The notes below the pieces were generated by a model, which was not told the DNA's origin, made no database searches, and saw only the letters and a list, made by a program, of their open reading frames with translations. The translations under genes and the position numbers were made by a program. From an uncultured Planctomycetia bacterium (lineage in GTDB: Bacteria > Omnitrophota > Gorgyraeia > Tantalellales > Tantalellaceae), in the NCBI GenBank assembly GCA_964527555.1, contig CAZGOG010000003.1, positions 4,320-68,319 of the forward strand: a DNA stretch of 64,000 bases, given 5' to 3'. Shown here in pieces: positions 19,741 through 28,395 of this stretch. Each line of letters begins with the position of its first letter. Within the stretch, counting starts at the first letter, position 1.

Positions 19741-20999
19741 GGCAGACTATTGCAGAAAAAATATTATCAGCGCATTCAGCGTCTCGTGCAAGGGCAGGGG
19801 ACATCGTCATCGCGAATATAGATTTTTGTTTCGGCCAGGACGGGACAAGCGGCATGATAATCGACAGTTTCCGCAGACTGGGCAGGGAAAGCGTCTTTGA
19901 TGAGGAAAAGTTCTGTATGGTTCTGGACCATTCATCTCCCAGCCCGAACATAGGCGTCTCCGCCATACACGATAAGATCAGGAGTTTCGCGAAAGAGTTC
20001 GGCGTGACAGTCTTTGATATAGGATGCGGCGTATGCCATCAGATAGTTCCCGAATCGGGTTTTGTTGCCTGCGGGGACCTTGTCCTGGGGGCCGATTCCC
20101 ATACATGCACGTATGGTGCGATCAATGTGCTTTCTACCGGCGTAGGGTCGACGGATCTTGCGATAGCTCTGGCGAGCGGGAAGAACTGGTTTAAAGTACC
20201 CGAGACGATAAAGATTATCGCCAACGGCCAGATCCCCAAAGGAGTATATTCGAAAGACGTTATCTTGAGTATTATAGGGGATGTAACTGCGGACGGGGCG
20301 ACATACCAGGCTGTTGAATTCTACGGGGAAGTGATAGACGCTTTGAGCGTTGATGCGCGTTTTACTGTTTCAAACATGGCTGTTGAAATGGGCGCTAAAT
20401 GCGGTCTCATGAAAGCGGACAAAAAGACGATGGACTGGGTAAAAAGGCATTCCATCAGGGAGGCCCGTCCTGTCGAAGCTGATGAGGATGCCCGGTATGT
20501 GGATGTGCGCGAATATGACTTTTCGCTTCTTACGCCGCAAGTAGCGCGGCCCCATACTGTTGACAATGTCTGCAGTGTGGAAGAAGTTGAAGGCACTCCG
20601 ATAAACGAGGTGTACATCGGCACATGTACTAACGGCAGGCTGGAGGACCTTGAGATCGCGGCAAAAGTGCTGAAGGGCAAGAGGGTAGCTAAAGGCATGA
20701 AACTTATAATCACGCCCGCTTCACGGAAGATATATCTGGATTCTTTGAAGAAAGGCTATATAGAGACGTTTATAAATGCCGGGGGTATCGTAAACAACCC
20801 GGGATGCGGTCCGTGTGTCGGAACACATCAGGGAGTGCTTGCCGACGGGGAAAGCGCTTTTTCTACCGCCAACAGGAACTTCAAAGGGCGGATGGGTAAC
20901 CCGAATGCGAGCATATATCTTGGCAGTCCCGCAACGGCAGCCGCTACCGCGGTAGCGGGTAAGATACAAGACCCGCGGCAGTACAAAAGGAAACTCTAG
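19737..20999 (+). CDS. leuC: 3-isopropylmalate dehydratase / homoaconitase large subunit, short (type 2) form
   Basis: Aconitase-family motifs (GCGVCHQ, TCTNGR, GCGPCVG Fe-S ligand cysteines), ~420 aa. Start ATG overlaps the upstream stop (ATGA) after GGTGAGGAG. Confidence 0.85.
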   Translation: MRQTIAEKILSAHSASRARAGDIVIANIDFCFGQDGTSGMIIDSFRRLGRESVFDEEKFCMVLDHSSPSPNIGVSAIHDKIRSFAKEFGVTVFDIGCGVCHQIVPESGFVACGDLVLGADSHTCTYGAINVLSTGVGSTDLAIALASGKNWFKVPETIKIIANGQIPKGVYSKDVILSIIGDVTADGATYQAVEFYGEVIDALSVDARFTVSNMAVEMGAKCGLMKADKKTMDWVKRHSIREARPVEADEDARYVDVREYDFSLLTPQVARPHTVDNVCSVEEVEGTPINEVYIGTCTNGRLEDLEIAAKVLKGKRVAKGMKLIITPASRKIYLDSLKKGYIETFINAGGIVNNPGCGPCVGTHQGVLADGESAFSTANRNFKGRMGNPNASIYLGSPATAAATAVAGKIQDPRQYKRKL

Positions 21000-21014
21000 A
21001 AAAAGGGAGATTAT

Positions 21015-21524
21015 ATGGCTAATCACGCGCACCGTTTAAAGATACAGGACGATATAAATACGGATTATATAATTTCCGGCAGATACAAGTTCAAGATCGA
21101 GGACGAGAAGGAGCTTGCAAAGCATATCTTTGAAGACGTAGAGGAAGCTTTTTATAAGAAAATAAAGGCGGGTGATTTTCTGGTAGCCGGAGAAAATTTC
21201 GGGTGCGGGTCATCCCGCGAGCAGGCGCCGGTAGCGCTTAAAGCAAGCGGATTGGGTGCGGTTATTGCTAAAAGTTACGCCAGGATATTTTACCGCAACG
21301 CTTTCAACGTGGGGCTGTGCCTCATTGAATGCGAAACCAATTATATCGACGATATGGACGAGCTTGAGCTGGACTTGGAGAAGAACATTATCCGGAACAT
21401 ATCAAAAGGCGTAAACGTAGAGATCAGCCCCATCCCCGGCATCATGAGAAAGTTTCTGGAAAAGGGCGGGGTCATAGAATATTTAAAAGAGTACGGCGGA
21501 TTTGAACAGATCTCCGGAAAATAG
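21015..21524 (+). CDS. leuD: 3-isopropylmalate dehydratase / homoaconitase small subunit (type 2)
   Basis: 169 aa aconitase swivel domain (GENFGCGSSREQA). Confidence 0.85.
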   Translation: MANHAHRLKIQDDINTDYIISGRYKFKIEDEKELAKHIFEDVEEAFYKKIKAGDFLVAGENFGCGSSREQAPVALKASGLGAVIAKSYARIFYRNAFNVGLCLIECETNYIDDMDELELDLEKNIIRNISKGVNVEISPIPGIMRKFLEKGGVIEYLKEYGGFEQISGK

Positions 21525-21540
21525 CAGGAAGTAACACATA

Positions 21541-22188
21541 GTGGAAGTACTTGACCTTGGACTAGTAGGATATAGCGAAGCCCTTAAGAGGCAGGAAGAT
21601 CTTTTATATAAGAGGATTAATGGGCGGGTAGGAGATACGCTCGTTTTGGCGGAACACCATCCCGTCATAAGCCTCGGCCGTGTAGGGAAGAGAGAGAGCA
21701 TTACCAGCGAAAGTTTTTTTGAGGGGAAAGGCACCCCCGTTATTGTCTCTTCAAGAGGCGGGGAGATAACATATCATGCTCCCGGGCAGCTGGTCCTGTA
21801 CCCGATAATAGACTTAAGCCGGAAGAAAAGGGATATTTCTTTTTATATAGATTTTTTAGAAAAGACTGCGGTAAACAGCTTAAAAAGACTCGCCGTAGAG
21901 GCCGAGCGCACTACGAGACGCGGAGTATGGACGAAGGGCAAAAAGATAGCCTTTATCGGTATAGCGTTAAAACGCTGGGTCACGTTTCACGGGATAGCAG
22001 TCAACATTAATTGCGATATTGAGCCGTTTTCATACATACATCCCTGCGGTGAGAGTGATATCCGCGTCACCTCCGCAAAAGAAGAGCTGGGCCGTGAGAT
22101 CCCGATGGATGAGGTCAAGAGAACTTTTACGGAAGAGTTTGAAAAGGATTTAAGACTTGAGTACGCCGGCATGGCGGCTTTGGTCTAG
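21541..22188 (+). CDS. lipB: octanoyltransferase (lipoyl(octanoyl) transferase) LipB
   Basis: LipB family motifs: EHHPVISLGR, ITYHAPGQLVLYPIIDL, KIAFIGIALKRWVTFHGIAVN, and the conserved Cys in PCGE. Confidence 0.88.
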   Translation: MEVLDLGLVGYSEALKRQEDLLYKRINGRVGDTLVLAEHHPVISLGRVGKRESITSESFFEGKGTPVIVSSRGGEITYHAPGQLVLYPIIDLSRKKRDISFYIDFLEKTAVNSLKRLAVEAERTTRRGVWTKGKKIAFIGIALKRWVTFHGIAVNINCDIEPFSYIHPCGESDIRVTSAKEELGREIPMDEVKRTFTEEFEKDLRLEYAGMAALV

Positions 22189-22210
22189 CGTATGAATCAA
22201 GGAGAAAGTC

Positions 22211-22444
22211 ATGGAGCTTAAACTGCCTGATATATCAAAGGATTCCGATGATGCGGTTATAACGCTCTGGCATGCAAAAGAGAACGACCCCCTGGTTAAA
22301 GGAGAGGACCTTCTCGAGATATCTACTGACAAGGCTACATTTGATGTAGCTTGTCCCTGCGACGGTATTTTGGTGAAGATAAAAAAGCGGGAAGGCGAGC
22401 TGGTCAAAAAAGACGAAGTGATAGCAGAGATAAAACCTGAGTGA
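22211..22444 (+). CDS. free-standing lipoyl-domain protein (biotin/lipoyl attachment fold)
   Basis: 77 aa with the E2-type lipoyl-lysine motif EISTDKATFDV flanked by beta-sandwich hydrophobic pattern. Lies 22 nt after lipB. Confidence 0.7.
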   Translation: MELKLPDISKDSDDAVITLWHAKENDPLVKGEDLLEISTDKATFDVACPCDGILVKIKKREGELVKKDEVIAEIKPE

Positions 22445-22493
22445 AAGGTTTTTAAGAAATTTAAAGAAAAAAGAAGTAAGAGGAGAAATACAG

Positions 22494-23678
22494 ATGGAAG
22501 AAGCCAACAGAATGAAGAGACTGCCGCTATACCTTTTTACTATTATCGACGAGTTGAAAAGGGAAGCCAGAGAAAGAAAGCTCGATCTTATTGACCTTGG
22601 GATGGGTAACCCCGATCAGCCAACCCCTAAACATATAGTTGATGAGCTGTGCCGGAGAGCAAGGGACCCGGAGAACCACAGGTATTCCCGCTCTATAGAT
22701 GATGTTGAATGCAGGCTCAGGATAGCTATCTCCAAGTGGTACAAGAAAAAATTCGACGTTGATCTTGAACCGGAATCAGAGGTGCTGCCCCTTATAGGCT
22801 CTAAGGAGGGGATCGCTCATATTTCGCTTGCTTTTCTGAACAGTGACGATATCGCGCTTGTGCCTAATCCCGCTTACCCGGTGCATTTTAACGGGGTGTT
22901 GATAGCAGGCGGCATATTGCATAATCTTCCCATAAGTGAGGAGACGGGTTTTTTGCCTGATTTTGATTCTATACCGGAAGAGATACTCAGAAAGTCAAAG
23001 ATGATCTTTCTTAGTTATCCGCATAACCCGACCGCTGCGGTGGCTACGAAAGGATTTTTCAGAAAGGCCGTCTCGTTTGCCAGGAAACACCAGATCATAC
23101 TCGTGCATGACCTGGCTTATTCCGACATAGCTTTTGATGGGTATGTCGCACCGAGCATGCTGGAGATCCCCGGTTCAAGAGATGTGACTGTTGAGTTCCA
23201 CTCATTGAGCAAGTCCTACAATATGGCGGGCTGGCGTCTGGGTTTTGCGGTGGGAAACTCCAGGATTTTAAAGTCTCTGGCGAAGACCAAAGGGTATATT
23301 GACTTTGGCATATTTAAGCCCATACAGTATGCGGCTATAAAAGCTTTGACCGGTTCGCAGAGCTGCGTCCACAACCAGGTTAAGATTTACAAGAAGCGGC
23401 GCGATACCATGGTCAAGGCTCTCGCGGAAATAGGCTGGAAGGTTCCCTCGCCCAGAGCTACGTTTTATCTCTGGGCAAGGATACCGGACAAGTATAGTGC
23501 GCTTACCTCCATGGAATTCGTCTCTCTTCTTATAAGAGAAGCCGGTGTGGTGCTGGCTCCCGGTACCGGGTTCGGGGAATACGGGGAAGGTTTTGTCCGG
23601 TTTGCCCTGGTTGAAGAAGAGGCCAGATTGAAGGAAGCTGCCGGGAGGATCAAGAAAGTTCTTGAAATGGAAGTATGA
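22494..23678 (+). CDS. class I PLP-dependent aminotransferase (LL-DAP/alanine aminotransferase-like)
   Basis: 394 aa with the RLPLYLF N-terminal motif, SLSKSYNMAGWRLG PLP-lysine segment, and good Shine-Dalgarno (GAGGAGAAA). Confidence 0.8.
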   Translation: MEEANRMKRLPLYLFTIIDELKREARERKLDLIDLGMGNPDQPTPKHIVDELCRRARDPENHRYSRSIDDVECRLRIAISKWYKKKFDVDLEPESEVLPLIGSKEGIAHISLAFLNSDDIALVPNPAYPVHFNGVLIAGGILHNLPISEETGFLPDFDSIPEEILRKSKMIFLSYPHNPTAAVATKGFFRKAVSFARKHQIILVHDLAYSDIAFDGYVAPSMLEIPGSRDVTVEFHSLSKSYNMAGWRLGFAVGNSRILKSLAKTKGYIDFGIFKPIQYAAIKALTGSQSCVHNQVKIYKKRRDTMVKALAEIGWKVPSPRATFYLWARIPDKYSALTSMEFVSLLIREAGVVLAPGTGFGEYGEGFVRFALVEEEARLKEAAGRIKKVLEMEV

Positions 23679-24793
23679 GCAAAAAGGTATTAATCTTTTA
23701 TATATCCAGATATTCCGGGCACTATCATGCCGCAAGTGCTATAGAAAGGGGGCTTCTAACCCTTACCCGGGATGTCGAGGTGCATAAGATCAATGCCCTT
23801 ACTTATACCAACCCCATATTAGGGGCGATCATTAACAAGGCATACCTGGAAGTCATAAAGAAAAGGCCGGAGATCTGGGGGCATATCTATGATAACCCGG
23901 ACGTGATCAAAAAGACCAAAAGGGCCAGAGAGACCCTCCATAGGTTCAACATGTCAAAAATCAAAAGGCTCATTGAGTCGTATTCTCCCGACATTGTCTT
24001 TTGCACACAGGCTTTTCCTTGCGGGATGATAGCTGATTACAAGAGGACAAGCGGCAAAGATGTTTTGCTTATAGGTGTTTTGACCGATCATGCGCCGCAC
24101 TCGTACTGGCTGTTTGAGGAGGTGAACTATTACATCGCGCCTTCTGAGGAAACTGCCAGAGCTCTTGGCCAGAAAGGTGTTCTTCCGGAGAGAATAAAGA
24201 CATACGGGATACCTGTGGACCCGAAATTCTGCCATAAGCGTGAGATTCCCGGGATAAAAAATAATTTGGGTCTTTCGGATGAAGGCCCCGTCATACTTAT
24301 CATGGGCGGCAGTCAAGGTCTGGGAGCGGTGGAGGAAGTCGCCGGGTCACTTATGGAGGACAGGCAGCATAAGTATCAGCTGGTGGTCGTAAGTGGCTCC
24401 AACAAGAAACTTTACACGCGTCTTCAAAGATTAAAGCGGGATAAGCCGGAGGGGAATATCTCTGTTCTATCATATGTCGAGAATATCGATGAACTGATGG
24501 AAGCATCGGATGTCATTATCACCAAGGCCGGGGGCATGACTATAGCCGAGGCGCTGGTTAAAAGGCTTCCTATGCTTATAGTCAACCCCATACCGGGACA
24601 CGAGCAGATGAATACGGATTATCTGGTGGGAAAGGGTGCCGCTATTCAGATAGAGGATTACGGTGAGATACACCAGAAACTAAATAAACTTTTTGATTCA
24701 AAGGGACTTTTGAACGACATGAAGAAAAGCTGCAGTGAACTGGCTAAACCGAACAGCGCTTTGGATATCGCGAAACTGGCATTTGAGGACTAG
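23675..24793 (+). CDS. MGDG-synthase/UgtP-like diacylglycerol glycosyltransferase (GT28 family)
   Basis: N-terminal VLIFYISRYSGHYHAASAIERGL, PDIVFCTQAFP, YYIAPSEE, GIPVDPKF match the UgtP/MGDG synthase architecture. C-terminal GT-B half has GGSQG. Confidence 0.75.
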   Translation: MSKKVLIFYISRYSGHYHAASAIERGLLTLTRDVEVHKINALTYTNPILGAIINKAYLEVIKKRPEIWGHIYDNPDVIKKTKRARETLHRFNMSKIKRLIESYSPDIVFCTQAFPCGMIADYKRTSGKDVLLIGVLTDHAPHSYWLFEEVNYYIAPSEETARALGQKGVLPERIKTYGIPVDPKFCHKREIPGIKNNLGLSDEGPVILIMGGSQGLGAVEEVAGSLMEDRQHKYQLVVVSGSNKKLYTRLQRLKRDKPEGNISVLSYVENIDELMEASDVIITKAGGMTIAEALVKRLPMLIVNPIPGHEQMNTDYLVGKGAAIQIEDYGEIHQKLNKLFDSKGLLNDMKKSCSELAKPNSALDIAKLAFED

Positions 24794-24795
24794 AA

Positions 24796-25656
24796 ATGTT
24801 GTACACGCTTTATGTCTTAGGATTTTCTTTAGCTAAGGTGGTGCCTTTAAGAATATGCTATGCCGTTGCCGAAGCAATAGCATGGGGGTATTTTATATGC
24901 GCCAGGAGAGACAGGCGGGAGCTGAGAGCGAATCTTAAGATCATACTTGGTGAGGATGCAGATGAAAAGCTTATCAAAAGACATATTTTCATGATATTCA
25001 GACATTTCGCCAAGTACCTTGTAGATTTTTTTAGGACGGATAAATTCACGGAAAAATATATATCAAAATATATCAGAATAAAAGGGCTGGAAAACCTGGA
25101 TGAGGGTCTCTCCGGCGGCAGGGGTGCCATCATCTCGTCGATACACATAGGAAACTGGGAACTGGGGGCGGCGATAGTGGGGGCCCTGAAGTATCCCATA
25201 AGCGCCATAGTCTTGGAGCATAAGGATAAACGGATAAATGATTTTTTTATACGCCAAAGAGCCCTTAATAATGTAAAATCCATTCCGATAAGCGCTCCGA
25301 TAAAAGAATGTTTCAAGGCGTTTAAACGTAACGAGATCGTTGCTATCGTCGGCGATAAGGACTATACATCAAACGGAATACACATAGATTTTTTCGGTAG
25401 GAAAGCGTTACTCCCCAAAGGAACAGCCGTATTCTCCTTAAAGACCGGCGCCCCGATCGTTTTTTGCGCTATGACGCGCAATGAAGACGATACCTTTACG
25501 CTAAGTTTTGAGCGCCCCATCCAGTATAATCCCACCGGGGACCACAGGAAAGACATACAGGCGTTAATGAAAGAGTATATTAAATTTTTTGAAGAGTATA
25601 TCAGAAAGAACGTAGACCAGTGGTATGCGTTCAGGAAAATATGGGATCAAGAATAG
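24796..25656 (+). CDS. lipid A biosynthesis (Kdo2-lipid IVA) lauroyl/myristoyl acyltransferase family protein
   Basis: LpxL/HtrB-like: N-terminal TM helix, HIGNWE (H-x4-E acyltransferase motif), ~286 aa. Confidence 0.8.
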   Translation: MLYTLYVLGFSLAKVVPLRICYAVAEAIAWGYFICARRDRRELRANLKIILGEDADEKLIKRHIFMIFRHFAKYLVDFFRTDKFTEKYISKYIRIKGLENLDEGLSGGRGAIISSIHIGNWELGAAIVGALKYPISAIVLEHKDKRINDFFIRQRALNNVKSIPISAPIKECFKAFKRNEIVAIVGDKDYTSNGIHIDFFGRKALLPKGTAVFSLKTGAPIVFCAMTRNEDDTFTLSFERPIQYNPTGDHRKDIQALMKEYIKFFEEYIRKNVDQWYAFRKIWDQE

Positions 25657-26357
25657 ATAATACCATAGTTGTTATTCCTTCTTATAACGAGGCCAGGACG
25701 ATCGGCGGCATCGTACGGGATATCGTGAAGATGGGCATGAGCGTTCTTGTCGTTGATGACGGTTCGGTCGACAGCACCGAACGGGCCGCTCTTGATAATG
25801 GTGCGATGGTGCTGCGCAATCGGCATAACCTCGGTAAGGGGCTTTCTATCAGGGAGGGGATAAAGTATGTCCTGGCGAAGACTAATTTCGAATGGATGAT
25901 AACGATGGACGCCGACGGACAGCACCATACGGAGGATATACCCGTTTTAATGAAGGCCGCAGAAGAAGATGATGTGGATATTGTGATAGGCAACCGCATG
26001 CTCGAGACGAAAACCATGCCTTCTTTGCGTTACTGGACCAACAGATTCACCTCGTGGGTGGTATCGCAAATATGCAGACAGGACATACCGGATACACAAT
26101 GCGGTTACAGGCTTTTCAGGGTAAGCACTTTGAAAAATATGGAACTTATCTCGGAGAAGTTCGATATCGAATCGGAGATGCTTATCGAAGCGGCGGAGAA
26201 AAGATTTAAGATGAAAGCCGTGCCGATACAGACCATATACGGCAGAGAAGTTTCCGCGATCAAGCCTATACGGGATACTATTAAATTTTTCACCCTTGTC
26301 TTAAGGTATCATTTTAAAGTAAATGGAATACGCCGAACAAAGAATCCGCATGGTTGA
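25641..26357 (+). CDS. family 2 glycosyltransferase (polyprenyl-phosphate sugar transferase-like)
   Basis: The VVIPSYNEA, VVDDGSVD, MDADGQH motifs (GT-A DxD). The start is taken at the second Met of the track ORF. Confidence 0.8.
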   Translation: MGSRIDNTIVVIPSYNEARTIGGIVRDIVKMGMSVLVVDDGSVDSTERAALDNGAMVLRNRHNLGKGLSIREGIKYVLAKTNFEWMITMDADGQHHTEDIPVLMKAAEEDDVDIVIGNRMLETKTMPSLRYWTNRFTSWVVSQICRQDIPDTQCGYRLFRVSTLKNMELISEKFDIESEMLIEAAEKRFKMKAVPIQTIYGREVSAIKPIRDTIKFFTLVLRYHFKVNGIRRTKNPHG

Positions 26358-26976
26358 GGACCAGCTTGCCCGCCGGGGCATACGCGCCCCTGGGGTCCTG
26401 GAGGCGTTTAGAAAAGTGCCGAGGCACCATTTTGTGCCGGCCGCTTTCAGGGACGCTTCGTACGCGGATCATCCCCTGCCTATAGGGCACGGTCAGACTA
26501 TCTCCCAGCCGTATATCGTTGCGCTTATGACCGAAAGTCTTCGCCTTAAAGGGGGCGAAAAGGTCCTAGAGGTCGGCACCGGAAGCGGATACCAGGCCGC
26601 TATTCTTGCGGAGATCTGCCGCGAGGTTTGTACCATAGAGAGGGAAGAGGCTCTTCTGCGGCAGGCGGAAAGACTTCTTTCAAGCGAAGGATACAAGAAC
26701 ATAAAGTTTGTTTCGGGTGACGGGACCAAAGGGTTTAGGGATGAAGCCCCTTATGATGGTATACTGGTGACCGCAGCCGCTCCCTTTGTGCCGGAGGCGC
26801 TTAAAGCGCAGCTTGCCGATGGCGGACGCATAGTGATTCCCGTCGGTTCGATATACTCCCAGGTTTTGGTGGCAGTCGAGAAAAAAGGGAAAGACTTCAC
26901 CCAGGAAGATATCTGCGGGTGCGTCTTTGTGCCACTGATCGGTGAAGACGGCTGGAAAGAAAGACCCGAGTGGTAG
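26350..26976 (+). CDS. pcm: protein-L-isoaspartate O-methyltransferase
   Basis: The HHFVP..., TISQPYIVALMTE and VLEVGTGSGYQAA (SAM-binding) motifs. Confidence 0.9.
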   Translation: MVEDQLARRGIRAPGVLEAFRKVPRHHFVPAAFRDASYADHPLPIGHGQTISQPYIVALMTESLRLKGGEKVLEVGTGSGYQAAILAEICREVCTIEREEALLRQAERLLSSEGYKNIKFVSGDGTKGFRDEAPYDGILVTAAAPFVPEALKAQLADGGRIVIPVGSIYSQVLVAVEKKGKDFTQEDICGCVFVPLIGEDGWKERPEW

Positions 26977-26992
26977 ATGGAGGAGACCAAAA

Positions 26993-27490
26993 GTGCTTGA
27001 AGCTCTTACAGATTCGCTTGTCAAGTTCAACAAAGAAGTCGCGGTAGTGGTCCTTGCGGCTCTGCCGGTTTCGGAGCTGAGGGGTTCTATCCCTCTGGGC
27101 CTTGCGATGAATTTTACCCCCCTGAAGACGTATTTATTGTCCTTTGTCGGGAACATGCTGCCGGTCGTGCCGCTGCTTTTTTTCCTTCAGCCCATATCCG
27201 AGAAACTCAGGCACATCCCGGTATTTGAAAGGTTTTTCAACTGGCTTTTTGAAAGAACAAGAAAAAAAGCAAGCCTCATAGAAAAATTCGAAGCTTTTGG
27301 TCTTATTTTGTTTGTGGCCATACCTTTGCCGGTTACAGGGGCATGGACCGGTTGTGTGGCAGCCACGCTTTTCAAAATAAGGTTCAGATACGCTTTTTTA
27401 GCCATCATGCTGGGTGTTATAATCGCCGGAGTGGTGGTTATGGCGCTGAGCCTTGCGGGCAAGGAGTTGTTCACGCTGGCCCGTTCGTAG
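26993..27490 (+). CDS. small membrane protein, COG2426-like (putative small multidrug export protein family)
   Basis: 166 aa hydrophobic. LPVSELRGSIPLGLAM and GNMLPVVPLLF motifs. GTG start after GGAGGAGA. Confidence 0.5.
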   Translation: MLEALTDSLVKFNKEVAVVVLAALPVSELRGSIPLGLAMNFTPLKTYLLSFVGNMLPVVPLLFFLQPISEKLRHIPVFERFFNWLFERTRKKASLIEKFEAFGLILFVAIPLPVTGAWTGCVAATLFKIRFRYAFLAIMLGVIIAGVVVMALSLAGKELFTLARS

Positions 27491-27564
27491 AAGGCACCTT
27501 GCATTTTATATGAAATTTGACTTTTATTCTTTTGTGTAATATCATTTGTTAAGAAGGAGAAGAC

Positions 27565-28068
27565 ATGATTGCATACATTCTTATTGTTATCGGTTTTATG
27601 ATGCGACTCATCCCGCATGCGCCCAATATTGCACCGGTAGCGGCAATAGCTCTTTTCGCGGGAGCTTATCTGGACAGGCGGATAGTGCCGTGGGTGCCTC
27701 TTGCGATCATGATCGCGAGCGACATCATTATCGGTCTGCACGATGTGGTGTTTTATACTTGGGGTGCGTTTATTCTAATCGGGCTGCTCGGCATGCGCCT
27801 TAAAGAGAAGAGGACCCCTCTCAGAATATTCGGTATGACGGTGTCTTCGGCTTTGATATTTTTCGCCATATCGAATTTCGGTGTTGCTCTGGCGTGGTAT
27901 CCGCATACAGCCCAGGGATTTATCCGCTGTTATGTCAATGCGCTGCCGTTTTTACGCAACACCATGATAAGCAACGTGACTTTTGCATTTGTTCTTTTTG
28001 GTTGTTACGAACTTGCCAGGAGACTAGCGGAAGGGACCAGGTACAGCAAGGTCCTTCTGGCCGGGTAA
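27565..28068 (+). CDS. integral membrane protein of unknown function (5-6 TM)
   Basis: 167 aa, strongly hydrophobic. AAGGAGA Shine-Dalgarno. No recognisable catalytic motif. Confidence 0.5.
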   Translation: MIAYILIVIGFMMRLIPHAPNIAPVAAIALFAGAYLDRRIVPWVPLAIMIASDIIIGLHDVVFYTWGAFILIGLLGMRLKEKRTPLRIFGMTVSSALIFFAISNFGVALAWYPHTAQGFIRCYVNALPFLRNTMISNVTFAFVLFGCYELARRLAEGTRYSKVLLAG

Positions 28069-28084
28069 GTTTACGATACGATTA

Positions 28085-28383
28085 TACAGGTGATCGCAGG
28101 ATTTTAAAAGGGAAGTTCCGTGAAAACCGGACGCGGTCCCGCCGCTGTGATTTCGCCTTTCTTTAGAGGAAGAAAGCTCTTTTAGCGGGGAAGGCCACTG
28201 TTCTACCTTGTGGAATGGGAAGGCAGCTAGAAAAGAGCATGCGAGAAAGCCAGAAGACCTGCCTGTATGCTAAAGATGCCCGCTTGAGCTCGAGGAAGCT
28301 CGGGAAGGTAACTTTTCTTATCAGGGTACAAAAAACGGTGAACCCTTGATGTCCGAATTAGGATATCAGGGGTTTTTTATTTT
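28085..28383 (+). promoter_or_regulatory. cobalamin (AdoCbl) riboswitch with terminator-type expression platform
   Basis: The conserved core AAAAGGGAAGTTCCGTGAAAACCGG...GGTCCCGCCGCTGTGA and the B12 box GGCCACTG...TGGGAAGGC. Downstream hairpin CCCTTGAT...ATCAGGGG plus TTTTTTATTTT immediately precedes the btuB-like Shine-Dalgarno. Confidence 0.8.
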
Positions 28384-28395
28384 CAGGAGAGAGTA

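Noticed and set aside
27546-27803. + strand 85-aa ORF (MLRRRRHDC...) overlapping the start of the membrane protein gene in another frame
   Set aside because: Arg/Cys-rich nonsense composition and no Shine-Dalgarno. The overlapping frame at 27565 has a clean AAGGAGA Shine-Dalgarno and a coherent TM-helix pattern.
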